Positions 11,560 to 20,629 of a stretch of 64,000 nt of DNA are shown in pieces. The position numbers were made by a program, and so were the translations under genes. The number at the start of each line of letters is the position of its first letter. The stretch's first letter is position 1. The DNA lies in assembly GCA_039027675.1 (NCBI GenBank), contig JBCCJS010000001.1, forward strand, positions 93,168 through 157,167, given 5' to 3'. Source of the DNA: Pseudomonadota bacterium. GTDB lineage: Bacteria; Pseudomonadota; Alphaproteobacteria; Sphingomonadales; Sphingomonadaceae. The notes below the pieces were generated by a model that saw nothing but the letters and a program-made list of their open reading frames with translations, did not search any database and was not told the DNA's origin.

Positions 11560-12530
11560 CAACGTAGCGCCACTTCAGAAGCTGCGAGGCGCGACGACTG
11601 GAGCATGGCACGCGCGCTGTGAGCCGAAAGAGCCTCCAGCCCACGCGGCAACCTCTCTGTAGGGCCTAGTGTGACAAACTGCCGCTCAACACCCTGCGCA
11701 TCGAGCCCCGCAGCGCGCAGGCCAAGCGCAAGGCGTGCAGACTGGCGATCAAAACAAGCCAATACCGCGCGCTCTCGCGATTGGTCGGAGAGCTGTGCGA
11801 GCGCGCTCGTAAACAGGGCGAGGCCTGCGTGTTCAAGTTCGAGCGCCGCAATCGCGCCTGCGCCCATGCGTGCCATCAGCCGAGCGATAAGCCCGGTGCG
11901 ACTGGCGGCCTCGTCATAATCAGCCTTGAAGCCTCTGATGGCTGCGGTCGCATCAGCTTCCTTTTCAGCCGGTGTGCCGCGCGCCCAGATGCGCAAAGCA
12001 CGCTCAAGCGTTTCGGGAGACAGATCGCTCACCGGATGCTGCATACGTCTCTGGGACTGCATGAAACGCGATTGCGCCGCGAGCGCCTGCATCGCTGTTT
12101 CCGCGGTCATCGGGTCAGAGGATGCAATCAGCTCCTGCCATAAGGGGCTAAGCACAGGATCAAGGCCAGCGCGCTGTTCCAGGCGTTCTGCCAGAATACC
12201 CTCTATCGCGGCGGAGTGCAGTGAAGCCAGCATCGGCGCATCCTGTGCAAAACGCTGGGCCAGAGTGTCGATCGGATCGGCAGCCTGCGCCTCGCCCTCA
12301 AATCCCTCTACCGGCAGGCGCGCTACAAATTGACGAGCAAGATCAATCAGCATGCCCCGCACCCGAGCCACGATCGCATCGCTCACCAATGCATCGCCGG
12401 AATTGGCGAGGATGTGACCGAGCACCGGGGCGACCGAACTTAGCGCGCGATCAGCCCGCGCGAGTTCGTCTCGAAGGACGGTCTCGACCAAAGTGTCACC
12501 AGCGCTTGTCAACGCGCAACCCTTCTCCAA
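11559..12530 (-). CDS. Hypothetical all-helical protein (possible remote DUF2336 similarity)
   Basis: 323-aa Ala/Leu-rich ORF coupled to the pseudokinase. The start may be TTG at 12512 or 12530. Family call is tentative. Confidence 0.75.
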   Translation of the reverse strand: MEKGCALTSAGDTLVETVLRDELARADRALSSVAPVLGHILANSGDALVSDAIVARVRGMLIDLARQFVARLPVEGFEGEAQAADPIDTLAQRFAQDAPMLASLHSAAIEGILAERLEQRAGLDPVLSPLWQELIASSDPMTAETAMQALAAQSRFMQSQRRMQHPVSDLSPETLERALRIWARGTPAEKEADATAAIRGFKADYDEAASRTGLIARLMARMGAGAIAALELEHAGLALFTSALAQLSDQSRERAVLACFDRQSARLALGLRAAGLDAQGVERQFVTLGPTERLPRGLEALSAHSARAMLQSSRLAASEVALR

Positions 12531-12608
12531 ATCTCGTCATCCAGCGCCGGTATACCGGGGAAAATCCCGGATCGAGGCTAGGCCAATGCTAGGCCTTAGC
12601 GCCTCATG

Positions 12609-12624
12609 GTTAAACCCGGGTTAG
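12609..12624 (-). promoter_or_regulatory. CtrA-like binding site
   Basis: Minus strand reads CTAA-cccgggt-TTAAC, one mismatch to TTAA-N7-TTAAC. Confidence 0.6.
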
Positions 12625-12669
12625 CCCAAAGCGAGCAAGGCAAACAGGCGCTTATGACAAATTTGGTAG

Positions 12670-12969
12670 TCAGCCTGAGAAGCCGGCAAGAACTGTCTCA
12701 ATTTCGCGGATAGAAGCGGGCTCACCGGGGGCGGCTTCTAGAGCGTTTTGCGCAGCGCTGACGAGGTCCTGAGCGTGAAAGCTGGCAGCCAGGCTCTGCA
12801 AGCGCATCGCCGCCATATGCCAATTCCCGTCGCAGCGTGACCGGCGCAGCAGGTCAAGTTGTTTTTCCGCGCTCTCGAGAAACGCCCCGCGCAATTCCTG
12901 CATCAGCGCCGTGTCGTCACCAGCAGCTGCTGCCAGCGTCGCATCGAGGGCTCCGTTTTCATAAGCCAT
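12670..12969 (-). CDS. HPt-fold-like protein lacking the conserved His
   Basis: 99-aa four-helix pattern (DDTALMQELRGAFLESAEKQLDLL). Motif AMRLQSLA sits where AHxLKGxA is expected. Confidence 0.75.
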   Translation of the reverse strand: MAYENGALDATLAAAAGDDTALMQELRGAFLESAEKQLDLLRRSRCDGNWHMAAMRLQSLAASFHAQDLVSAAQNALEAAPGEPASIREIETVLAGFSG

Positions 12970-12991
12970 CTTAGGGCGCTAGAACATCGAG

Positions 12992-13007
12992 GTTAAGACG
13001 GGGTTTA
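12992..13007 (-). promoter_or_regulatory. CtrA-like binding site in a divergent promoter
   Basis: Minus strand reads TAAA-ccccgtc-TTAAC, in the 68-bp gap between the HPt-like gene and the coiled-coil gene. Confidence 0.55.
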
Positions 13008-13037
13008 TCCAACGCTAGGGTGTGGTATGAAAGGGGC

Positions 13038-15611
13038 ATGTCACGAAAGAACCAGATCATCAAAGCGGTCGGCAATGAAACATCCGAAGAGACTTCGGAA
13101 ATCGCTGCCCAGACGCAATCAGAAGCCGAGCGCGACGCCGACGCCCACGATGAAGCCCACAATGAACCACCGCTGTTCGAGCTTGATGAGAACTTTGAGC
13201 ATCTAGAGCCTCACTCACCAGCTGTGGGGTGGATCGCTGCAAGCCTTGCAGTGTTGGCCATCCTCGCTTGGAGCGCGCTTTATGTCTGGGCGATGCAAGA
13301 TCAATTGCTCGCCGCCGCAAGCGCGCAGCCGGCCCAGTGGGTGCGCTGGATTATCGACTGGTCGGTGCCGGTACTCTTGATCTGCGTTGTCTGGATGCTG
13401 GCAATGCGCAATTCGACGCGCGAGGCGAGCCGATTTGCTGCCAGCGCTGCGCTTTTGAGCCAGGAAAGCGCCGAACTGGAAAACCGCCTTAGCGTTGTAA
13501 ACCGTGAGCTGAGCCTCGCGCGCGAATTTCTTGCCGCACAATCGCGTGATCTGGAGTCACTTGGGAGGCTTGCAGCTGACCGGCTGTCAACCAATGCAAA
13601 CGAATTGCAGGACTTGATCAAGACCAATGGCAAGCAGGTTGATCGCATCGGCACAGCCAGCGACACCGCTTTGGCTAACATGACGCGTTTGCGCGACGAT
13701 CTGCCAGTCATCGCCAATTCGGCTCGCGATGTAAACAATCAGGTCGGGACAACGGGGCGCACAGCGCACGAACAGCTTGAAAAACTCGTTGCCGGTTTTG
13801 AGCGGCTGAACGAATTTGGCCGCGCCAGCGAAACCCAGGTCGGCTCGTTCACCGACCGGATCGGCGAGACGATCGTCAACTTTGAAGCGCAACTATCGCG
13901 TATCGAACAGGCGCTCAGCGCGCGGTTTGAGGCGCTCCAGACGCAAGCCGCAGACTATCGCGGAACCATCACTGATTCCGAGGCCGAAGCATTGGAAGCC
14001 ATGAATACGCGCATCACTCTTTTGCAGACCGAAACCCGTGCGATCAGTGCGAGAATGCGCGATGCTGAAACCGAAGCGATTGGGCAGGCGAAGGCCTCGC
14101 GCGATCGCTGGGAGACAGAGATGGCCGAGATGGTTGAGCGGCTCAGCGCGCTCGACATGAAAGCTGCGCAAGCCTCGCGCATGCGCATCAAGGAGCTCAA
14201 CGAAGAAGCTGGCCGCTTCGATGATAAGCTCGAGCAGCGTGACGTGCGCTTCTTTGAGGAAATGGCCCGGCGCCAGGCGGACCTTGAAACGCGAGAGACC
14301 CAGGCGACCGAGATGCTGTCTCAGCGGCTTGCGGACCTCGATGATCAGATGTCGCAACGGCGCGAGGCGCAGATCGCTGAAACCGAAAAGCTCATGGCAA
14401 GCAGTGATGCAATGACGCAGCAGCTTGAGACGCTCAACGCGATGATCGGCAAGGTCAAGGAACTGGGCGCGAACACGCGCACCGGCTTGAGTGAGGGGAT
14501 GGCCGCCTTGGGCGATCAGCTGGAAGCCAAGCGCGCCTCGCTCGCCGAAACCGAAAACAGTCTTGCAGCGCTGACCGAGGCGAGCGTGCGTCTGTTAGAG
14601 ATCATCCAGTCCGGCGCCAAGCACAGCCGCGAGGACCTGCCCGCAGCGATCGACACTGCCTCCACGGCTCTGGGCAATGTCGAAGAACGCGCAGCCCGCT
14701 TGAGCGGCGCAATGTTTACGCTGGGTGAGAAGGGCGACGAGTTGTCATCATATCTGATCAAAACAAATGAGCAGATCGAGACCGCCGAAACATCGCTCGA
14801 AGCCTTGCAATCGCGCGTCGCCGAGCAATCCGATGAAGCGCTGGCGAAGCTGAATGGCCTGCGCTCCGGGCTCGAAAAACTCTCGCAAAGCAGCGCGGCG
14901 TTTGCGGGCGACACACAAGAAGCAATGCGGGAGTCTATCGGCAAGCTTGAGGAAGCGACCAAGGCCACGCTTGATACGCTGGAGGATGGGGCGACCGCAC
15001 GAGTAACAGGGCTTGCCGAAAGACTCAGCCAGGAGGCAGTAACAGCGCTCGAACGCTCGCTGCGCAATGACAGCGCAGAGGCCGTCGGCAAGATCGAACA
15101 AGCTGCCGCCCATGCCTCAGGCGTGGGCCGCGAGGCAACCGTCCAACTGCGTGATCAACTGGCACGCGTTAACGAGCTCACATCCAATCTGGAACAACGC
15201 ATTGAGCGCGCTCATGAATTGGCAGAAGAGCGTCTCGACAACGACTTCGCGCGGCGCATGGCGCTTATCACTGACAGCCTCAACTCTGCTTCGATTGACC
15301 TCAGCAACGTCCTTTCGAGCGAGGTCGCTGACACAGCTTGGGATGCGTATCTGAAAGGTGATCGCGGGATCTTCACCCGCCGTGCGGTGCGATTGCTCGA
15401 AAACAGCGAGGCGCGCGCGATTGCCGAGATGTATAAAAACGATGATGGGTTCCACGCCAACGTCAATCGCTACATCCACGATTTCGAAGCGATGCTACGC
15501 TCGATGCTCTCCACGCGCGATGGCAACGCGCTGAGTGTTACGCTTCTGGGTTCGGATATGGGCAAGCTCTATGTCGCGCTCGCGCAGAGCATTGAGCGCT
15601 TTCGCAAGTAA
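13038..15611 (+). CDS. TipN/GPR(RgsE)-like polar landmark protein: two N-terminal TMs and a long coiled coil
   Basis: Acidic N-terminus, two TM helices and about 650 aa of heptad-rich sequence. C-terminal motif AWDAYLKGDRGIFTRR...RYIHDFEAML...SDMGKLYVALA resembles, from memory, the TipN/GPR C-terminus. Confidence 0.65.
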   Translation: MSRKNQIIKAVGNETSEETSEIAAQTQSEAERDADAHDEAHNEPPLFELDENFEHLEPHSPAVGWIAASLAVLAILAWSALYVWAMQDQLLAAASAQPAQWVRWIIDWSVPVLLICVVWMLAMRNSTREASRFAASAALLSQESAELENRLSVVNRELSLAREFLAAQSRDLESLGRLAADRLSTNANELQDLIKTNGKQVDRIGTASDTALANMTRLRDDLPVIANSARDVNNQVGTTGRTAHEQLEKLVAGFERLNEFGRASETQVGSFTDRIGETIVNFEAQLSRIEQALSARFEALQTQAADYRGTITDSEAEALEAMNTRITLLQTETRAISARMRDAETEAIGQAKASRDRWETEMAEMVERLSALDMKAAQASRMRIKELNEEAGRFDDKLEQRDVRFFEEMARRQADLETRETQATEMLSQRLADLDDQMSQRREAQIAETEKLMASSDAMTQQLETLNAMIGKVKELGANTRTGLSEGMAALGDQLEAKRASLAETENSLAALTEASVRLLEIIQSGAKHSREDLPAAIDTASTALGNVEERAARLSGAMFTLGEKGDELSSYLIKTNEQIETAETSLEALQSRVAEQSDEALAKLNGLRSGLEKLSQSSAAFAGDTQEAMRESIGKLEEATKATLDTLEDGATARVTGLAERLSQEAVTALERSLRNDSAEAVGKIEQAAAHASGVGREATVQLRDQLARVNELTSNLEQRIERAHELAEERLDNDFARRMALITDSLNSASIDLSNVLSSEVADTAWDAYLKGDRGIFTRRAVRLLENSEARAIAEMYKNDDGFHANVNRYIHDFEAMLRSMLSTRDGNALSVTLLGSDMGKLYVALAQSIERFRK

Positions 15612-15632
15612 ACGGAGCCAGTGTTAAAGAGG

Positions 15633-15923
15633 CTAGTCAGAAGGCCCCAGCACCTTGGGCGGCGTTGGCAATAAGTCGAGATCCTGCGCGGTGATCCAGC
15701 CATATTCGTAATTCAAAACATAGGCCGTGGTCAGAACTATCGCGGTAACGGTCGCGCGGATGATCAGAGGCGCAGCGCGGAAATTGGCGGGCGCGCTATC
15801 GGCTTGCCCAGGCACTTTCTCAACCCCAACCTCATCAGCGGTCTTCACGCCAAAGGGCAAAAGCACAAACGCGCTCATCACCCAGATCAGGAAATAGATC
15901 GCGAGGATCGAAGTCCATTCCAT
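15633..15923 (-). CDS. DUF1467 family membrane protein
   Basis: YFLIWVMSAFVLLPFGV...PGQADSAP pattern, in its usual position after rnj. Confidence 0.85.
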   Translation of the reverse strand: MEWTSILAIYFLIWVMSAFVLLPFGVKTADEVGVEKVPGQADSAPANFRAAPLIIRATVTAIVLTTAYVLNYEYGWITAQDLDLLPTPPKVLGPSD

Positions 15924-15929
15924 CCCTCG

Positions 15930-17582
15930 TCAACGCCCTGCAGGCAGGATGACGCGCACCTGAGGGCTTTTGCCTGACCAACGCCGCGCTGCACGGCGGG
16001 CGGCAAGCCGCGCCGCTTCATGCACGGCTGCAGGGTCTTGTGCGTTCTTGCCCTTGAGCCTGCCAATCGCTTTCAAGACATCGTCGCCCGCCTCTTCAAG
16101 GAATTCGGGCATGTCTTCGTCGAGCGGAAGGCCTACCGCCTCGATGATTGGTTGAGCGCCGCGAACCAGCACAACGACCAGCACGCCTTCACTCGCAATT
16201 CTGCGGCGCATGGTGATCGCCTGACCATCCGAAGGCGCGATGATGTCTCCATCAAGGACAAGCCGTCCACTCACGACCGGAGCCAGAACGCCGGGCTCCC
16301 CCGGAGCAAGCTTCACGATCTCGCCATTGGTCTGAACGACAGCGTTGGGGATCTGGCAGGCCTTTCCAAGCCTCGCTTGCTCGCGCATGTGCCGCATTTC
16401 GCCGTGCACCGGGACAAGCGTTTGCGGGCGCAGCCAACTGTAGAGCGCTTCCAGTTCTGGCCTGCCGGGGTGGCCAGACACGTGGATCAGGCTCTTGCGA
16501 TCGGTCACCATGATAATACCCTTGGTCGCAAGCTGATTCTTCAACTTGCCGATGGGGATTTCGTTTCCGGGAATATTGCGCGAGGAGAACAGCACCACAT
16601 CGCCGCTGGTAAGCTCAATCGGGTGGCTGTCATCGACAATCCGGCTGAGCGCAGCGCGCGGTTCGCCCTGCCCTCCTGTGGCGAGGATGAGCACTTCACC
16701 ACGCGGCAGTCTCATCGCAGTGTCAAAATCAACGGGTTCGGGAAAATCAGCAAGGTAGCCATTGTCCTGCGCCACCTCGATAATCCGGTCTAGCGAACGA
16801 CCAGCAACGCAAACCTGCCTCCCGGTCTCACGCGCGACCTCGCCAAGCGTCTGTAGGCGCGCGACATTGCTGGCAAAGGTAGTGACCAGAACGCGTCTGC
16901 CTTCATGCGAGGCGATCTCCTCCATCATAGCGCGGTGGACGGCACCTTCTGAACCTGATGGATTGGAATTGAAGACATTGGTGCTGTCACACACCAGCGC
17001 GAGCACACCCTCATCGCCGATGGCGCGCAATTCTTCCTCGGTTGTGGGCTCGCCGATGATCGGTTCTTCGTCGAGCTTCCAGTCGCCGGTGTGGAAGACC
17101 CGGCCATAGGGTGTGTCGATCAGCAGTGCATTGCCTTCAGCGATTGAGTGAGCGAGCGGCAGATAGGTCACCGTAAAGGGGCCAAGCGCGATCTCGCCGT
17201 GATCCACGGGTATTATGTTGACCTCCACCTGGCCCAAAAGCCCCGCCTCTTCCAGCTTGCGCGCCACAAGATCGGCAGTGAAAGGCGTCGCATAAAGCGG
17301 CACGCCCAGTTCGCCGGCGAAATAGGGAACTGCGCCGATATGATCTTCATGCGCGTGCGTTAGGACGATGCCGAGCAAGTCTTTGCTGCGTTCTTCAATG
17401 AAATCGAGATCGGCAAAGACCAGATCGACGCCGGGATATTCCCCGCCCGAAAAGGTCATGCCCAGATCCACCATCAGCCACTTGCCCTCGCAACCGTAGA
17501 GATTGACGTTCATGCCAATCTCACCGGAACCACCAAGGGCAAGGAAAAGAAGCTCGTTTTCGGGAGTGTAGTCTTTTTTCAC
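15930..17582 (-). CDS. rnj: Ribonuclease J
   Basis: Motifs GGSGEIGMN, THAHEDHIG, GDWK, HVSGH and PVHGE. Confidence 0.96.
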   Translation of the reverse strand: MKKDYTPENELLFLALGGSGEIGMNVNLYGCEGKWLMVDLGMTFSGGEYPGVDLVFADLDFIEERSKDLLGIVLTHAHEDHIGAVPYFAGELGVPLYATPFTADLVARKLEEAGLLGQVEVNIIPVDHGEIALGPFTVTYLPLAHSIAEGNALLIDTPYGRVFHTGDWKLDEEPIIGEPTTEEELRAIGDEGVLALVCDSTNVFNSNPSGSEGAVHRAMMEEIASHEGRRVLVTTFASNVARLQTLGEVARETGRQVCVAGRSLDRIIEVAQDNGYLADFPEPVDFDTAMRLPRGEVLILATGGQGEPRAALSRIVDDSHPIELTSGDVVLFSSRNIPGNEIPIGKLKNQLATKGIIMVTDRKSLIHVSGHPGRPELEALYSWLRPQTLVPVHGEMRHMREQARLGKACQIPNAVVQTNGEIVKLAPGEPGVLAPVVSGRLVLDGDIIAPSDGQAITMRRRIASEGVLVVVLVRGAQPIIEAVGLPLDEDMPEFLEEAGDDVLKAIGRLKGKNAQDPAAVHEAARLAARRAARRWSGKSPQVRVILPAGR

Positions 17583-17624
17583 GTGAGAGAGGTGTTTTCT
17601 ATTCGTGTTTTTGAATTTCGGTGC

Positions 17625-18422
17625 TCAGCTTTCGCTGGCGGCCTGCTGTGCAAGGATCGCCAAGCCTTCAATGGTCAGATCGGCATCCACATGGTCAAAA
17701 ACATCGGTTGCCTCATCAAACAGGATCGCAAGCCCTCCGGTGGCGACCACTTTGGCAGGCCGTCCGATCTCTGATTTCATGCGCGCAATAATGCCTTCCA
17801 TCATCGCGACATAGCCCCAGAAGACGCCGATGAGCATCTGATCTTCGGTGTTACGACCAATGACACTGGTGCTTTCCGGCGCGCGAATGGCGATGCGCGG
17901 AAGCTTCGCGGTCTTGCCGACTAATGCATCGAGCGAAAGATTGATCCCCGGGGCGATGGACCCGCCTTTATAGGCTCCGTTGAAATCAATCGCCTCAAAC
18001 TTGGTCGCCGTGCCGAAATCAACCGCGATTATGTCCCCGCCATATTTGTGATGAGCCGCGAGGATATTGAGCGCGCGATCCGCTCCTAGCGAGCTGGGTT
18101 GATCGACATCGATCTCAAAGCGCCAGCGCGCCGCCCCTTGGCCTGCAAAAAGCGGGGCGATGCCGAAGTATTTTTGCGCCAGAACGGTGAGATTGTGGTC
18201 AGCGCGCGGCACAACCGAGGCGAAGATTATGCGCGTGATGTCTTCGCGCGCGACGCCTTCGATATTGAGCAATTGCAGCAGCCACACGGCATATTCATCG
18301 CCGGTGCGGCGCGGATCGGTGGCGATGCGCCAGCGCGCCTTTAGCTCGGGCGTGCCCTCGATGCAGTCATCGAACAGCGCAAAGACCACATTTGTGTTTC
18401 CTACATCGGCGGCCAAAAGCAT
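17625..18422 (-). CDS. coaX: Type III pantothenate kinase
   Basis: Motifs DVGNT, SVVP, LGADR and DFGTAT. Confidence 0.95.
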   Translation of the reverse strand: MLLAADVGNTNVVFALFDDCIEGTPELKARWRIATDPRRTGDEYAVWLLQLLNIEGVAREDITRIIFASVVPRADHNLTVLAQKYFGIAPLFAGQGAARWRFEIDVDQPSSLGADRALNILAAHHKYGGDIIAVDFGTATKFEAIDFNGAYKGGSIAPGINLSLDALVGKTAKLPRIAIRAPESTSVIGRNTEDQMLIGVFWGYVAMMEGIIARMKSEIGRPAKVVATGGLAILFDEATDVFDHVDADLTIEGLAILAQQAASES

Positions 18423-18434
18423 GGCGTAATATCC

Positions 18435-19154
18435 TTAGACAATGTCGCCAGCGCGAATGACACGTTCAGAGCCATCCGCCAAGCGCAGGCGCAATGCGCC
18501 ATCGGTTTCATCAAGGCCCGCAAACACGCCTTCGACAAAGCTACCGTCCTGATCATGAACCTTTACGGGCGCTCCCGGCGTTTGGATTGAGCATAGCTCA
18601 AACTCAGCAAGCGTTGCTGCAAGGCCGTGCTCTCGCCAGCTTTTGAGGCGCTCTTCGAAGCGATGAGCCAGTGTCTGGGCAAAACTATCTACTGCGGGTG
18701 CCGGTCCGAAGTCAGCCAAAGAAACGGCATCGCGGTCTTCCAATGAAGGGGCGCGCGCAAGGTTTACACCAATACCGACAACAAGGTGCCCCTTGACCAT
18801 CTCAAGCAGGATACCGGCTAGCTTCGCCCTGCCGATCAGAACGTCATTGGGCCATTTGAGCGAGGGCCTTGCACCGTCCGCTAAAATGTCGCCCACCGCA
18901 TCATAGACCACAAGCGCAGCCACGAAGCTTACGCTCGCGGGCGGCGGATCGCCAGAGAGCAATTCTACCGTGGTAGAGCCCATGAAATTGCCCGTCCCAT
19001 CAAACCATTCGCGCCCCTGTCGGCCTCGCCCAGCATTTTGGCGGCGCGCGACGAGCCATTGGCCGTCGCGCGCCTGCCCTGCGCGCACGCGATCAGCCAG
19101 ATCCGCATTGGTGGATCCGGTCTGTTCGACCATCTTGATTTCGAAACTGCTCAA
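18435..19154 (-). CDS. birA: Biotin--[acetyl-CoA carboxylase] ligase with no N-terminal HTH
   Basis: Motifs TGSTN, QNAGRGRQGREW, KWPNDV, KLAGIL and GIGVN. TTG start overlaps the nuoN stop; alternative ATG at 19133. Confidence 0.93.
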   Translation of the reverse strand: MSSFEIKMVEQTGSTNADLADRVRAGQARDGQWLVARRQNAGRGRQGREWFDGTGNFMGSTTVELLSGDPPPASVSFVAALVVYDAVGDILADGARPSLKWPNDVLIGRAKLAGILLEMVKGHLVVGIGVNLARAPSLEDRDAVSLADFGPAPAVDSFAQTLAHRFEERLKSWREHGLAATLAEFELCSIQTPGAPVKVHDQDGSFVEGVFAGLDETDGALRLRLADGSERVIRAGDIV

Positions 19155-20629
19155 ACCGCGAGGAACAGCGCGCTGGCAGCCTTGCCAGCCAAATCGTTGA
19201 GCGATGGCGTGAGCAGATAGCCCAGCGGCGAGATGATCGCAGCCGTCAGCCCCAGCAGAGCCCAATGGGCAGCCCCGCTCTTGCCGGTGACAAGATCAGT
19301 TGGTTCATCGAAGAACATCACCTTGACGAATTTGATGTAATAGAACGCGCCGATCACGCTTGCTGCGATGGCGATGGCGGCAAAGGCGATAAGCTCCGCT
19401 TCAACCAAGGCCTGAAACACGACGAATTTCGAATAAAAGCCCAGTAGTGGCGGGATGCCTGCAAGGCTAAACATCAGCAAGAGCAGACCCCACGCTATCG
19501 CCGGGCGCGTAACCGCAAGGCCGGATATATCGCCGAACGTCTCGTACAAATCGCCGCTCTCGCTGCGCAGCATCAGGAGGGCTGTAAAGCTTCCAAGGCT
19601 CATCGCGACATAGATGAAGAGATAGATCAGCATGCTCGCCGCCCCTGCCTCATTCGCAACCGCGAGGCCGAGCAGAATAAAGCCGACATTGTTGATCGAG
19701 GAATAGGCGAGAAGGCGCTTCAAGTTCTCCTGCCCAATCGCACCCAATGCGCCGAACACGATTGAGGCAAGCGCCGTGAACATGACGATCTGGCGCCAAG
19801 CGTCGACCTGCGCCCCGAACACCTCGAACACCACACGCGCAGTCAAAGCGACAGCGGCAACCTTGGGCGCGGTGGCGAAGAATGCGGTGACTGGCGTGGG
19901 TGCGCCTTCGTAGACGTCAGGCGTCCACATATGGAACGGCACAGCGGCGATCTTGAAGGCGAGACCCGCCATCACGAAGATGAGGCCGAAGAGCGCGCCG
20001 GTGCCCAATTCTCCCGTCAGCCCCGCGCGCACGCCTGCAAAGTCGGTTCCGCCAGTAAACCCGTACAAGAGGCTCATCCCGTAGAGCAGGATCCCCGATG
20101 CTAACGCGCCCAGCACGAAGTATTTAAGCCCAGCTTCGGCAGAGCGCGTATCGGCGCGCAGGATCGAGGCGAGGACGTAAGCGGAGAGGCTGTTGAGCTC
20201 GAGCCCAAGGTAAAGCGCCATGAAATCGTTGGCCGAGACCATGATACTCATGCCAAGCGCGGCAAACAGGATCAGAACCGAATATTCCGAGCGCATCCCG
20301 CGTTCCGCACCCGCAGCCTCGCTGTTGAAGAAGCCGGGTGCCACCAGCAGGCAGCCAATCGCCGCCAGATAGATGAGAGCCTTGGAGAACAGCGCAAAAC
20401 TGTCCGCCTTGAGAAGACCGCCAAAGGCCAGCGTATCAGGTCCGGTAGCGCCGGTGTGAAGACCGGGAACTAGCGTTACACCCGCAGCGAAGAAGGCGAG
20501 CACTGCAACCAGGCTGATCGCGCGTGCTGCCTTGTCTCCAGCCCACGCGGTCCACAACAGGAGGACAAGACCTGCCCCTGTGAGGATCAACTCAGGCGTG
20601 ATCAGCGCAAAGGAGGAGGCGAAATCCAT
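19151..20629 (-). CDS. nuoN: NADH-quinone oxidoreductase subunit N
   Basis: Motifs EAGLKYFVLG, FKIAAVPFHMWTPDVYEG and SLAGIPPLLGF. Confidence 0.97.
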   Translation of the reverse strand: MDFASSFALITPELILTGAGLVLLLWTAWAGDKAARAISLVAVLAFFAAGVTLVPGLHTGATGPDTLAFGGLLKADSFALFSKALIYLAAIGCLLVAPGFFNSEAAGAERGMRSEYSVLILFAALGMSIMVSANDFMALYLGLELNSLSAYVLASILRADTRSAEAGLKYFVLGALASGILLYGMSLLYGFTGGTDFAGVRAGLTGELGTGALFGLIFVMAGLAFKIAAVPFHMWTPDVYEGAPTPVTAFFATAPKVAAVALTARVVFEVFGAQVDAWRQIVMFTALASIVFGALGAIGQENLKRLLAYSSINNVGFILLGLAVANEAGAASMLIYLFIYVAMSLGSFTALLMLRSESGDLYETFGDISGLAVTRPAIAWGLLLLMFSLAGIPPLLGFYSKFVVFQALVEAELIAFAAIAIAASVIGAFYYIKFVKVMFFDEPTDLVTGKSGAAHWALLGLTAAIISPLGYLLTPSLNDLAGKAASALFLAV

